Of a DNA stretch of 64,000 nucleotides, positions 17,923-27,705 are shown piece by piece; the stretch's first letter is position 1; each line of letters opens with the position of its first letter. The stretch comes from an uncultured Gemmatimonadales bacterium (GTDB taxonomy: Bacteria > Gemmatimonadota > Gemmatimonadetes > Gemmatimonadales > Gemmatimonadaceae). The notes beneath the pieces were generated by a model, which was not told the DNA's origin, ran no database searches, and saw only the letters and a list, made by a program, of their open reading frames with translations. The position numbers and the translations under genes were made by a program. The stretch is from assembly GCA_963851265.1 (NCBI GenBank), contig CAWKNZ010000007.1:160001-224000 (forward strand). The letters are read 5' to 3'.

Positions 17923-19932
17923 TCAGGTGTCCTTCAACGTCGCCAGCAGCGTGTCGTTGTTGGGCGTGTTCGCGATGCGCTTGGTGAGCCAGTTCATCGC
18001 GGCCGAGGGCGGGAGCGATTGGAGCCCGCGGCGCAGAAGGTAGACCGCGTCGAGCTGATCGGGGCGGAAGAGCTTGTCCTCGCGCCGCGTCCCGCTCGCC
18101 GGCACGTCGATCGCCGGGAAGATGCGCTGCTCGGCCAGATTGCGGTCGAGCTTGATCTCGCAGTTGCCGGTCCCCTTGAACTCCTCGAAGATCACGTCGT
18201 CCATGCGTGAGCCCGTCTCGACGAGCGCCGTGCCGATGATCGTGATCGACCCGCCGCCGTGCGAGGCCGCGACCGAGCGCGCCGAGCCGAAGAACGCCTT
18301 CGGCACCGCCATCGCCTGCGCGTCGAGGCCGCCGGACAACGTCCGCCCGATGCCCTTGGTCGCGTTGAACGCGCGCGCCATCCGGGTGATCGAGTCGAGC
18401 ACGATGACCACGTCCTTGCCCGCCTCGACGAGGCGTTGGGCGCGGTGCATCACCATGGTCACCACGTCGCGGTGACGCTCGGCGGGCATGTCGAACGAGC
18501 TCGCGACCACCTCGCCGAAACCACATGCGACCATCTCGCTCACCTCCTCCGGCCGCTCGTCGACGAGGAGGAGGATGAGTTCCGCGTCTGGGTGGTTGAG
18601 CGCGACCCCCTCGACGATGTTCTGCAGCAGGATCGTCTTGCCCGACCGCGCCGGCGCCACGATCAGCGCGCGCTGTCCAAATCCGATCGGCGCGATGAGG
18701 TCGATGATGCGCCGCGTCAACTCGGGCCCGCTCTTCGCGACCTTGCCCGTCTCGAGCGTCAGCTTGCGTTCGGGATAGGTGGCGAGGAGCTGCTGGAAGT
18801 CCGGGCGCTTCACGCCGGGCTGTGGCGGCGCGCCGTTCACGGTGCGCACCTCGACCACGACCGGGCGCTGCCGGAAGTCGCGTCCGGCCCCGACCACCAC
18901 GCCGTCGCCGGCGCGCAGGTTGTTGGCGCGCACCATCCCGACCGGAAGAAACGGGTCGTTCGGACCGACGAGGTAGCTGTTGGCGGCCTGCCGCACGAAG
19001 CCGCTTCCGTCACGCGCGAGCTCGACCCAACCGGTGATTTCGATATCGGCAACGAGCGCGGGGACCGGGCGCTGCTCGCGGAACTCCGCACCCCCGTTGT
19101 TGCCCGCGTTCCCCTCACGGAACCGCCCACGCTGGCGCTGGCGCTGGCGACGGCCACCGCCGCCACCCTCGAAGAACTCGCGGCGCGGCTGCTGGCCACC
19201 TTGCGCGTCCGGACTGGCATGCGCGCCATTCGAGCGCTCGTGAGCCCGGTCGTGCGGCGGCCGTTCCTGCTGCGCTGCCCGATCCGGCTGTCGATCCGGT
19301 CGGTCGAAGCGTTCGTGCCGCGGATGCCGCCCGTCGTGGCGGCCGTCGCGTCGCCCGTCCTGACGTCCATCCGAACGCCCGTCGTGTCGCGCGTGCGGAC
19401 GGCCCGGCCCGTCCTGCGGCCGCGGCGTGTGAGGCGGAGGCGAGGCAGGGGCCGGCGCGGCAGGCGCTGCGAGCGCCGCCGCGGCGATCGCGTCTCCCGA
19501 CTCTACGCGCGGCGGCGACGTCGGCGTTTGCACGACCGACGGCTCGGCGGGCGCAGGCGGCGCGACGGGGGACTCGGGTGCGGTCGGCGCCGCGGAGCTC
19601 GGCGCACCGCTTGGTGCGCCGTCGTGATTCGCTTCCCCATTCGCGTTCGCGCCCTCGGCGTCGTCCGCGACGCGCGCGGCGCGCGGTCGACGGGCCGGGC
19701 GCGGCGACCGCGCCGGTCGCGTCGCGGGTGCGGACGCGTCGTCCACCCCGGGCTCGCTCGCGGGGCCGCCGGGCGCTGCGGGTGCGGGCGCCGCGGCCGC
19801 GCTCACGGTCGGTGGGGCGGCGATCACGGCCGCGTCGTCGTCCCGGTAGGGATTGAGGTCCAGGCCCTCGGCGGACGGCTGGTCGGCCACGGCTTGCGTG
19901 CGCCGCCGCGACGGACGACGGGGTTCGGTCAT
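17923..19932 (-). CDS. rho: transcription termination factor Rho with long low-complexity N-terminus
   Basis: RIIDLIAPIGFGQRALIVAPARSGKT, LLVDERPEEV, DSITRMARAFN, LSGG, FFGSAR, VIFEEFKGTGNCE. Confidence 0.96.
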   Translation of the reverse strand: MTEPRRPSRRRTQAVADQPSAEGLDLNPYRDDDAAVIAAPPTVSAAAAPAPAAPGGPASEPGVDDASAPATRPARSPRPARRPRAARVADDAEGANANGEANHDGAPSGAPSSAAPTAPESPVAPPAPAEPSVVQTPTSPPRVESGDAIAAAALAAPAAPAPASPPPHTPRPQDGPGRPHARHDGRSDGRQDGRRDGRHDGRHPRHERFDRPDRQPDRAAQQERPPHDRAHERSNGAHASPDAQGGQQPRREFFEGGGGGRRQRQRQRGRFREGNAGNNGGAEFREQRPVPALVADIEITGWVELARDGSGFVRQAANSYLVGPNDPFLPVGMVRANNLRAGDGVVVGAGRDFRQRPVVVEVRTVNGAPPQPGVKRPDFQQLLATYPERKLTLETGKVAKSGPELTRRIIDLIAPIGFGQRALIVAPARSGKTILLQNIVEGVALNHPDAELILLLVDERPEEVSEMVACGFGEVVASSFDMPAERHRDVVTMVMHRAQRLVEAGKDVVIVLDSITRMARAFNATKGIGRTLSGGLDAQAMAVPKAFFGSARSVAASHGGGSITIIGTALVETGSRMDDVIFEEFKGTGNCEIKLDRNLAEQRIFPAIDVPASGTRREDKLFRPDQLDAVYLLRRGLQSLPPSAAMNWLTKRIANTPNNDTLLATLKDT

Positions 19933-20542
19933 GCAGCAATCATGTGAAGGAGCGAAACGCGCCGCGCGTGACGTTCGGCAGCGGGTGAGCGACTCGCGCG
20001 GTGGCCGGACGACCACCTGCGGGGCGGCGTAGCCGGTCGGCTACGCGAACGGGCGATCGAGGCGTCTACAGAAGCCGCGGCCCACGACGGACACGCCGCG
20101 TCACACGCGGGCGCTTCCCAGGAAAAGATCTCGACTCGTGCCGGCGGACGAAGCGTCGGACATCGCCGCGGTCCGGCCGGGAATCGGCTACGAACCCACG
20201 GGAGAACAGAGGACAGTCGGGCGGCGCTCCGGCCGGTGGTAGCCTTCCGCCGTCGTCGGGCGCCGGTCGGGCACGCGTTCGGGCGACCACCAAAATCCAC
20301 GACTGCATCCGGCGGGCGTCCTGGGACGATCGCGACGTCGAATGCTCGTTCTCAACCGCGAGCGCTGGAAAAGTGACGAGTTGCGCACGGTCGCGCAACC
20401 CGCACGGCCACACAGCGACGCACATTCGCATACCCGCGCACCGCCCGATGGTGCCGCCACATCCCGACGAGTCTCCGCACGAGACGCAGACACGCGAGCG
20501 GCCGTCCTCCCCGTGCCGAACGGCCGTAACTTAGGCCGCATC

Positions 20543-21310
20543 ATGGGCACCACGTCTTCCCCGCACGCGCCCGACGTCGGCGCAACGCTCGCGGCGGCCG
20601 TCGCCGACATCGCGGCCCGCTACGAAGGTGACGCCAACGTCGCCGCACTCCACGAACGCCTCGCCGCCGCGATGGACGCCGCGGCTGCCGAATGGCCGCG
20701 CCACGCCCAACCGGCCGACGTCGCCTCGGCCGACCCCGCCTCGGCCGACCCGTCCTCGGGCCGCCCGCCGGCCTCCGGCCCATCCTCGGCCGGAATCGCC
20801 GCCGCCGCACTCGGGCGCGCGACGCCGCGCACGCTCGCCGATGCGCTCGTCGCGGCCGCGCGCCCGTTCGAGCAGGTCCCCGAGATCGCCGGCCCGCTGT
20901 ACGAGCGGGTCGTCGCGCTCCGCCCCGACGACGCGCGCGCGCTCGTCGTGCTCGGCAATGCGTACTGGCTCCACGGACGCGGCCCCGACGTCGTCGGCGA
21001 TCTCGCCGCGCGCGCGATCGCTGCCGACCCCGCGAGCCGCGGCGCGTGGCACCTCTGGGCGCTCACCGAAGCCGACCCGCGCCAGCGCATGTTGCGCTGG
21101 CAGCAGGTCACGGTCCGGTTCCCAACCGACGACCTCGCCCGCGCGCTCTTCGCCGACGCGGCGGCGAGCGTCGCCGGCGCCGAGCACGACGACGAGGCCC
21201 TCGTGCTCGCCGTCGACGCCTACGAACAGCTGCTCGCGCGCGCCGAACGTCCGGAGCAGCGCGCCGCGCTCGAAACCGCCCTCGACACGCTCCGGAAGTG
21301 GAAGCTGTGA
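20543..21310 (+). CDS. TPR-like hypothetical protein
   Basis: LYERVVALRPDDARALVVLGNAY helical repeat pattern. Confidence 0.7.
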   Translation: MGTTSSPHAPDVGATLAAAVADIAARYEGDANVAALHERLAAAMDAAAAEWPRHAQPADVASADPASADPSSGRPPASGPSSAGIAAAALGRATPRTLADALVAAARPFEQVPEIAGPLYERVVALRPDDARALVVLGNAYWLHGRGPDVVGDLAARAIAADPASRGAWHLWALTEADPRQRMLRWQQVTVRFPTDDLARALFADAAASVAGAEHDDEALVLAVDAYEQLLARAERPEQRAALETALDTLRKWKL

Positions 21311-21385
21311 GCCGCGCCCGCCGCGCGCCACGTTAGGCAGACCGGCGCCCGGAGCGAGCGCCGCCGGGCGCGGCCGCCGCCGTGG

Positions 21386-22408
21386 TCACTTCACGAACCG
21401 CGAGTTCCCCTTCGCCATCCGCTCCAGCTGCGTCGGGATGTCGTTCCCGATCGCCTCGATGCGGTTGATGCTGTGCGCGTTGAACTGCGGATCGTACGGC
21501 GACCGCGCCGCGCCGCCCGCGACCTCCAGCACGGCCTCGAAGTGGTATGGGTGCGCCTTGCCCGTCTTCGGGTCGGTCCACGATCCCTGCCACGCGAGCG
21601 GGCGGTTCTTCGGCCAGAGCCCGTACGGCAGCGCCATCGTCCGGATGCGGTAGCCGGGCACGGCCGAATCGATCCCCATCGCGTTGCGCGCGATCTGCTC
21701 CTGCACCACGGCGTCCGAGTACTTGTTGAGCATCGCGTGCCACACCGTGTGGTCGCACAGCTCGAAGCCGTTCTTGGCGAGCCACTGCACCTTCGGGAAC
21801 CGCCACTCGCGGCGCTGCCCGTCGAACTTGGCCGGGTCCTTGGGCGGCGCGTCGCCGAAGAAGTTGTGGCCGGCCGCGCCGCCGTTCAGCAGGCAGTAGG
21901 TGCCGCGGAGCTTCCAGTCCGGGTGCCGCCGGTTGAAATCGACGAGCACGCCGGTCGCGCTGGTCGGGTCGATCTCGAGCCGTCCGCCGCGGTCGAGGTA
22001 GCGGAACTGCGAGGGCGACGCGTCGTCGAACACGAGCACGACCGGCGACATCCCGGCGGGCACGTCGCGGAAGTCCTTGTCGAGCATCTGCGCCACGGTG
22101 ATCGGCCGGTAGCCGAGGCGGTAGGCGGTCTCGAGGTCGCTCTTGAAGCTGTCGAGGGTGCGCGAGTAGAGCGTGTTCTTGGGCGCGCCGATCACGTGAT
22201 ACTCGAGCACCGGGATGCGACCCTGCGGGTTGGCGACCCCGGCGGCGGTGGAGGGCACGTCGCCGCCGCGTGCGGCGGACGGCGTGACCGGGCGCGCATC
22301 GGCCGATGGCTGGCCGCACGCGGCGAGCACGCCGGCGGCGGTGGCGGACAGAAAGAGGGCTGCCGTGCGGCGGATGGCGCGCGGCGCGAACGGGAATCGG
22401 GCGGGCAT
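21386..22408 (-). CDS. polysaccharide deacetylase family lipoprotein
   Basis: Lipobox LAAC, IPVLEYH, VLVFDD, HTVWH, ALPYG. Confidence 0.85.
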   Translation of the reverse strand: MPARFPFAPRAIRRTAALFLSATAAGVLAACGQPSADARPVTPSAARGGDVPSTAAGVANPQGRIPVLEYHVIGAPKNTLYSRTLDSFKSDLETAYRLGYRPITVAQMLDKDFRDVPAGMSPVVLVFDDASPSQFRYLDRGGRLEIDPTSATGVLVDFNRRHPDWKLRGTYCLLNGGAAGHNFFGDAPPKDPAKFDGQRREWRFPKVQWLAKNGFELCDHTVWHAMLNKYSDAVVQEQIARNAMGIDSAVPGYRIRTMALPYGLWPKNRPLAWQGSWTDPKTGKAHPYHFEAVLEVAGGAARSPYDPQFNAHSINRIEAIGNDIPTQLERMAKGNSRFVK

Positions 22409-22580
22409 CGGGTGCTGCGGCTGCGATACGGGGCGTGAGCGAGGGGCGCCGCGGGGTAGGGCGCGGCGCATCGGGCTCGCACAAGTGTAGCGCCGTGAGG
22501 CGGCCCGGACCGGGCGCCTGCCGAACGCCTGAAACTCTCGGGGCGTCGTGGCGTAACGCGTGCGTCGCCTCGCGTCACTC

Positions 22581-24812
22581 ATGGCCGTTTCCGCTCCGCC
22601 TCGACCTCCCGCACCACACGTAGCGCCCGTGCCACCGGCCGCGCCGCCCCATCCTCCCGGGTGGTGGCGCGAGCGCCGGGACCGACTGCGCGCGCGCCTG
22701 CGCCCCCCGCCGGGCCGGTCGCAGTGGGGCCGGCGTCACTGGTTGCTCATCCCCGCGCTGCTCGCGCTCATCGCGGCCGTGTGGGCCGGCGACGCGTGGG
22801 TGCTCACGTGCGGCTTCGAGGGCTGTCCGAGCGCGGCGGACATCCGCGCCTTCCGCCCCAGCGAGGGCGGGCGCATCCTCGACCGGTCGGGACAGCTGAT
22901 GGGACGGGTGCGCCTCGTGCGCCGCGTCAACGTGCCGCTCGCTGCGGTGCCGCCCGCGGTCCGCAACGCCTTCGTCGCGGTCGAGGATCGCCGCTTCTAC
23001 GAGCACCGCGGCGTGGACTGGCGGGGCGGCGTGCGCGCCCTCGTCGCCAACCTGCGCGCCGGCGGCGTGCGCGAGGGCTTCAGCACGATCACGATGCAGG
23101 TGGTGCGCAACACCTTCGCGGTCGAGCGGCAGGGCGAACGCTCGGTGCGCCGCAAGCTGCTCGAGCTGCGCCTCTCCCGGCTGCTCGAGGGCACGCTCAC
23201 CAAGGACCAGATCCTCGAGCTCTACCTGAACGTCATCTACCTCGGCAACGGCGTGTACGGGGTCGAGGCGGCGAGCCGCGACCTGTTCGGGCGGAGCGTC
23301 GGGCAGCTCACGCTCGCGCAGGCGGCCACCCTCGCCGCGCTTCCCAAAGGTCCGAGCGCGTACACGCCCCGGCGCTTTCCGGCGCGCGCGCGGCGGCGGC
23401 GCGACCTCGTGCTCTCGCGCATGGCGCGCGACGGCTACGTGAGCGAGGACGCCGCGCGGCGGGCGATGGTCGAACCGGTGCGCGTGACGCGCGACGGTTG
23501 GACGCCCGAGGGGCAGGGCAACTCGTACGCGCTCGACGCGGTGCGGCAGATGGTCGACTCGATCAAGGAGGCGAGCGGAATCGAGTCGAACGACCTGATT
23601 GTCACGACCACGCTCGACGCGGTCGCGCAGGGCGCGGCCGAGCGCGCGGTGCGACGCCGGGCCGCCGCGATCGGCCCGGACGTCGAAGGCGCAATGGTGG
23701 CGATCGACCCGCGCACCGGCGCCGTGCGCGCGCTCGTCGGCGGCGTCGAGTCGGGCGACGACTACGCGCGTGGCAGCTTCAACCGCGCCACCGGCGCGCA
23801 CCGACAGCCGGGGTCCGCGTTCAAGCCGTTCGTCTACGCGACCGCCCTTGCCGCGGGCATGACGCCGGCCACGCAGGTCGACGACGAGCCGATCACGATC
23901 GACCTCGGCCACGGGCAGGTCTGGCGACCCGGGAACTCCGAAGGCCACTACCTCGGCGAGACCACGCTGCGCGAGGCCCTCGCGCATTCGGCGAACGGCG
24001 CGACCGTGCGCGTCGCCGAGCGGATCGGCGAGCCCAAGATCATCCAGACCGCGCGCGCCGACGGCATCGTGAGCCCGCTTCCGGCGGTGCCGTCGATGGT
24101 ACTCGGCTCGGTCGAGGTGACGCCGATGGAGCTGGTCACCGCGTACGCGCCGTTCGCGAACGGCGGGTTCCGCGTCGCGCCCCGGCTCGTCGCGCGCGTG
24201 GCGACCGTCGACGGAATGGTGCTCTGGACGGGCGACGTGCGTCGCACCGCGGCCATGGACCCGCGCGACGCGTTCCTGCTCACCTCGATGCTGCGGTCCG
24301 TGGTCCAGGAGGGCACCGGGCGCGCGGTGATCGACGCCGGGGTGCGCGACCCCGTCGCCGGCAAGACGGGCACGACCAACGACGGCGCCGACGTCTGGTT
24401 CGTCGGCTACACGCCGTCGCTCGTCGCGGGGTTCTGGTTCGGCGCGGACGACCCGCGTCCGTTAGGCGCCGGCGCCACGGGCGGCCGGCTGGCGGCGCCG
24501 GCGTGGGCCGACTTCTACCTGACGGGCTGGCACGAGCGTGCCGGCGATTGGACGCCGCCGGCGGGGCTCGTGCGGCGCAAGATCGACGCCGACAACGGCT
24601 ACCTCGCCAACACGTACTGCCCGACCGTGCGCGACGAGTGGTTCAAGGCCGGGACCGAGCCCACCGAGGTGTGCCCGGTCCACAGCGCGCCCCCGGAGCC
24701 GGCGGCCAGCGACTCGGTGCCGAGCGATCAGGGCCCGCCGCCGGTGATCGAGGACGTGAAGAAGGCCGGGTCCGCGGTGGGCCGCTTCTTCAAGCACCTG
24801 TTCAAGTTCTAG
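22581..24812 (+). CDS. class A penicillin-binding protein (PBP1A family)
   Basis: EDRRFYEHRG, GFSTITMQ, RKLLE, ILELYLN; SAFK, SAN, KTG. Confidence 0.95.
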   Translation: MAVSAPPRPPAPHVAPVPPAAPPHPPGWWRERRDRLRARLRPPPGRSQWGRRHWLLIPALLALIAAVWAGDAWVLTCGFEGCPSAADIRAFRPSEGGRILDRSGQLMGRVRLVRRVNVPLAAVPPAVRNAFVAVEDRRFYEHRGVDWRGGVRALVANLRAGGVREGFSTITMQVVRNTFAVERQGERSVRRKLLELRLSRLLEGTLTKDQILELYLNVIYLGNGVYGVEAASRDLFGRSVGQLTLAQAATLAALPKGPSAYTPRRFPARARRRRDLVLSRMARDGYVSEDAARRAMVEPVRVTRDGWTPEGQGNSYALDAVRQMVDSIKEASGIESNDLIVTTTLDAVAQGAAERAVRRRAAAIGPDVEGAMVAIDPRTGAVRALVGGVESGDDYARGSFNRATGAHRQPGSAFKPFVYATALAAGMTPATQVDDEPITIDLGHGQVWRPGNSEGHYLGETTLREALAHSANGATVRVAERIGEPKIIQTARADGIVSPLPAVPSMVLGSVEVTPMELVTAYAPFANGGFRVAPRLVARVATVDGMVLWTGDVRRTAAMDPRDAFLLTSMLRSVVQEGTGRAVIDAGVRDPVAGKTGTTNDGADVWFVGYTPSLVAGFWFGADDPRPLGAGATGGRLAAPAWADFYLTGWHERAGDWTPPAGLVRRKIDADNGYLANTYCPTVRDEWFKAGTEPTEVCPVHSAPPEPAASDSVPSDQGPPPVIEDVKKAGSAVGRFFKHLFKF

Positions 24813-25120
24813 CGAACCGCCACGCCGCCGGACGGGTGCGCGGCACCGTCCGGCGGGCCGGCGACTTCGGGCGGGGGGAACCGCCCCATCGCGTGGGCGC
24901 ACATGACGGCCCCGACGCAGACGAGCAGGATCCCGTGAAACACGGCCAGGCCTCCCGTCTCCCGCACGTACACGGGCTTCGCGAACGGCCAGCGGCTGCG
25001 CACGTCGCTCATGTCCCGCCGCACGAACCCGTAATAGCAGCCCGAAACGATACACCACGCGCCTAACGGACCGCAGAGGTACGGCCGTTCGAAGATGACG
25101 TCCGCGAGCCGATGGATCAT
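24809..25120 (-). CDS. small membrane protein
   Basis: Two hydrophobic segments; lies downstream of the DAGK-like gene. Confidence 0.5.
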   Translation of the reverse strand: MIHRLADVIFERPYLCGPLGAWCIVSGCYYGFVRRDMSDVRSRWPFAKPVYVRETGGLAVFHGILLVCVGAVMCAHAMGRFPPPEVAGPPDGAAHPSGGVAVR

Positions 25121-25177
25121 GCCCGCCGGACGACCGCGCGGGCGCGACCGCAACGCGTCGCCGGCGACGGCGCCGCG

Positions 25178-26128
25178 TCAGGTCGGGCCGCGTGCCGGGG
25201 GCGGCTCGGCTGCGGGCGGCGGCGGAGGCCCCACCGCGACGAAGGCGTCGCGCGCCATGCGATAGCGCAGCGGCGCGATCATCGGCACGAGCTCGCCGTC
25301 GATCGCGACCCGGCCGCGGGGCCGCCGCAGGCGGATCTCGCACGCGTCGACGAGGGCCACGTCGACGGCGTCGCTCTCCGCCGCGACGCTCTCGAGACCC
25401 TCGACCGCCGCCCGCGCCGCGAGGGCGAGCACGCGCGCCCGCGTCGAGGCGCGGACGACGACCACGTGGAGCGCACGGGCGCCGCCCGCCACGCGCGCGC
25501 CGTGCCCCGCGGCGGTGAAGTCGCGCTCGCCCACGCCGAGGAAGACGAGCGGGCTCTCCGCATACTGGTGCGTCGGGTCCTCGCCGCGCTCGCCCTCGCG
25601 GATGGTCACCGTGAAGCCGTGTAGCCCGGCCCACGTCCGCCCCGCTGCGAGAATGCTCGCCAAGCGGTACCCCGACCATCGTTCGAGGCGCTCGCGCGTC
25701 CGCACGAACGTGACGTACGCGCCGACCGCGCTCGTGTTCAGGATCGCGTGGTCGTTCACGTACGCGAGGTCGGCCGGGCGCGCCGCGCCCTCGGCGGCAA
25801 TCGCGAGGCATGCGGCCGCGTCGGAGGCCGGGAGGCCCAGGTCGACGGCGAAGTGGTTCAGCGTCCCGCCCGGCAGGATCGCCAGCTCCTGCCGGGTCTC
25901 GGCGGCGACGGCGGCGGCGGTCGCGACGGTGCCGTCGCCCCCCGACACGAGCACGCGCGCGTGCCCCGCGCCGGCGGCCGCGCGCATCGCCGCGCCTAAC
26001 GCCGAGGGGTCGACCTCGCGCAGCGCGAAGCGCGCGTCGGCGCCGATCGCGGTGCGCGCGGCGTCGGCGCTCCCGCCGCGCGGGTTGACGAACGCGGGCA
26101 CGACGCCGTCCGGCACCGGGGCGGTCAC
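25178..26128 (-). CDS. diacylglycerol/lipid kinase family protein
   Basis: VNPRGG, SGGDGT, ILPGGTLNHFA, IDGE; GTG overlaps the upstream stop. Confidence 0.9.
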   Translation of the reverse strand: MTAPVPDGVVPAFVNPRGGSADAARTAIGADARFALREVDPSALGAAMRAAAGAGHARVLVSGGDGTVATAAAVAAETRQELAILPGGTLNHFAVDLGLPASDAAACLAIAAEGAARPADLAYVNDHAILNTSAVGAYVTFVRTRERLERWSGYRLASILAAGRTWAGLHGFTVTIREGERGEDPTHQYAESPLVFLGVGERDFTAAGHGARVAGGARALHVVVVRASTRARVLALAARAAVEGLESVAAESDAVDVALVDACEIRLRRPRGRVAIDGELVPMIAPLRYRMARDAFVAVGPPPPPAAEPPPARGPT

Positions 26129-26961
26129 GCCGGCCCCCGGTCCGCCAGCTGCTCGGCGGAGGTGAAGAACGCGGCGCGGTACCGCCGCACGACCACCGAC
26201 GCGGTCGCCGCCGTCGCGCCCGCGAGCATGAACACGACGACGAGTTGGTAGCGCACCGCGAGCAGGGGTGATTGTCCCGCGAGGATTTGACCGGTCATCA
26301 TGCCTGGCAATTGCACGATCCCGACCACCGCCAGGGCGTTCGCCGCCGGCAGGAGCGCGGCCGTCATCGCCTGCCGCGACGCCTCCGCCGTCGCCTGCGC
26401 GGGCGACGCGCCGAGCGCGAGCCACGCCTCGACCTCGCCGCGGCGCAGCTGCAGCTCGCTCGCGAGGCGCTCCGCCGCGAGCGCGGCGCCGTTCATCGCG
26501 TTTCCCAGGATCATCCCGAACAGCGGGATGAGGTAGCGGGCGTCGTACCACGGGCGCACGCGGAGCACGACCGCGTCGACGTAGGCGAGCGTGAGCCCCG
26601 CGCCGAGCAGGAGCGCGAGCCCACTCGCCTGCACCAGCGCGCCGCGCCGCCCGCCGCCCGCTGCCTCGCCGCCCAGCTTCGGCCGCGACGACGCGGTGTA
26701 CGTCGCGGCCGCGAGCATCGCCGCGAGCGCGATCACGACGAGCCACCACTGGTCGGTGGCGAACAGCCCGGTGAGCACGTATCCGACGGCGACGAGCTGC
26801 ACAGTCGCGCGCACGGCGCCGACCGCGAACCGGCGCGCGAGCCCGAGGCGCTCCCAGCGCGCGATCGCGACGGCGACGAGGACGAGCGCGGCCGCCAACG
26901 CCAGCGCCGGCCACGGCACGTCGAGTGGGCCGGCGTTCGCCGCCGCGCCGCGCGCGATCAC
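26125..26961 (-). CDS. fetB: ABC permease, FetB/YbbM (UPF0014)
   Basis: RATVQLVAVGY, YLIPLFGMILGNAM, GIVQLPGMMTGQILAG.SPLLAVRYQ. Confidence 0.9.
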   Translation of the reverse strand: MIARGAAANAGPLDVPWPALALAAALVLVAVAIARWERLGLARRFAVGAVRATVQLVAVGYVLTGLFATDQWWLVVIALAAMLAAATYTASSRPKLGGEAAGGGRRGALVQASGLALLLGAGLTLAYVDAVVLRVRPWYDARYLIPLFGMILGNAMNGAALAAERLASELQLRRGEVEAWLALGASPAQATAEASRQAMTAALLPAANALAVVGIVQLPGMMTGQILAGQSPLLAVRYQLVVVFMLAGATAATASVVVRRYRAAFFTSAEQLADRGPA

Positions 26962-27632
26962 GCGCTCGCCAGATACTCGCGCACGCGCGGGTGCGCGGCG
27001 CCGCCGAACAGCGCGGCCGACGCGCCCGCCTCGAGCACGCGTCCGCCCTCGAGCGCGACGAGGTAGGTGCTCGTCGACCGCGCCTCGCGCAGGCGGTGCG
27101 TCACCATCACGACGTCGACCGACCGCTCGGCCGGGAGGCGGGCCACCGTCCGCATGAGCCGCTCGCCGACCTCGGGGTCGAGCGCGGCGGTGGGCTCGTC
27201 GAGGAGCAGCGTCGCGGGCGCCGCGGCGAGCGCGCGGGCCAGCGCCACGCGCTGCCGCTCGCCGCCGGAGAGGCGCGACGCGTCGCGGTCGGCGTAGGCG
27301 CGCGGCAACTCGGCCGCGTCGAGCGCGCGCAGCACCTCGGCCGCGGCGGCCGCGCCGCCGGCCTCCGCGCCGCCTAACGCGATCGCCGCGCGCAGGTTGT
27401 CGGCCACCGTGCCCGCGAACATCGCCGGCGCCTGGAACACGAACCCCACGCGCCGCCGGAGCGCGCGTACCGGATAGCTCGAGACCGGCCGGCCGTCGTA
27501 CGCGACTTCGCCCGCCGTCGGATCGTCGAGGCGGTTGAGCAGGCGCAGCAGCGACGTCTTGCCGGCGCCCGACGGCCCAACGAGGGCCGTGACCTCTCCA
27601 GGGGGGATGGCGAGCGTGACGTCGTGCAGCAC
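26958..27632 (-). CDS. fetA: ABC ATP-binding subunit, FetA/YbbL-like
   Basis: GPSGAGKT, LSGGERQR, LLLDEPT; coupled to fetB; the true start may lie further upstream. Confidence 0.85.
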   Translation of the reverse strand: MLHDVTLAIPPGEVTALVGPSGAGKTSLLRLLNRLDDPTAGEVAYDGRPVSSYPVRALRRRVGFVFQAPAMFAGTVADNLRAAIALGGAEAGGAAAAAEVLRALDAAELPRAYADRDASRLSGGERQRVALARALAAAPATLLLDEPTAALDPEVGERLMRTVARLPAERSVDVVMVTHRLREARSTSTYLVALEGGRVLEAGASAALFGGAAHPRVREYLASA

Positions 27633-27705
27633 GGCCGCGGCGCCGCGCGTCTGCGAGACGCCGCGGAGCGCGAAACGGGGTGGGGCCGCCGACGCCGGAA
27701 TGCGA

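Noticed and set aside
20716..20760. Short tandem repeat GCCTCGGCCGACCC in the TPR gene
   Set aside because: Encodes a low-complexity ASADP linker; no spacers, so not CRISPR.
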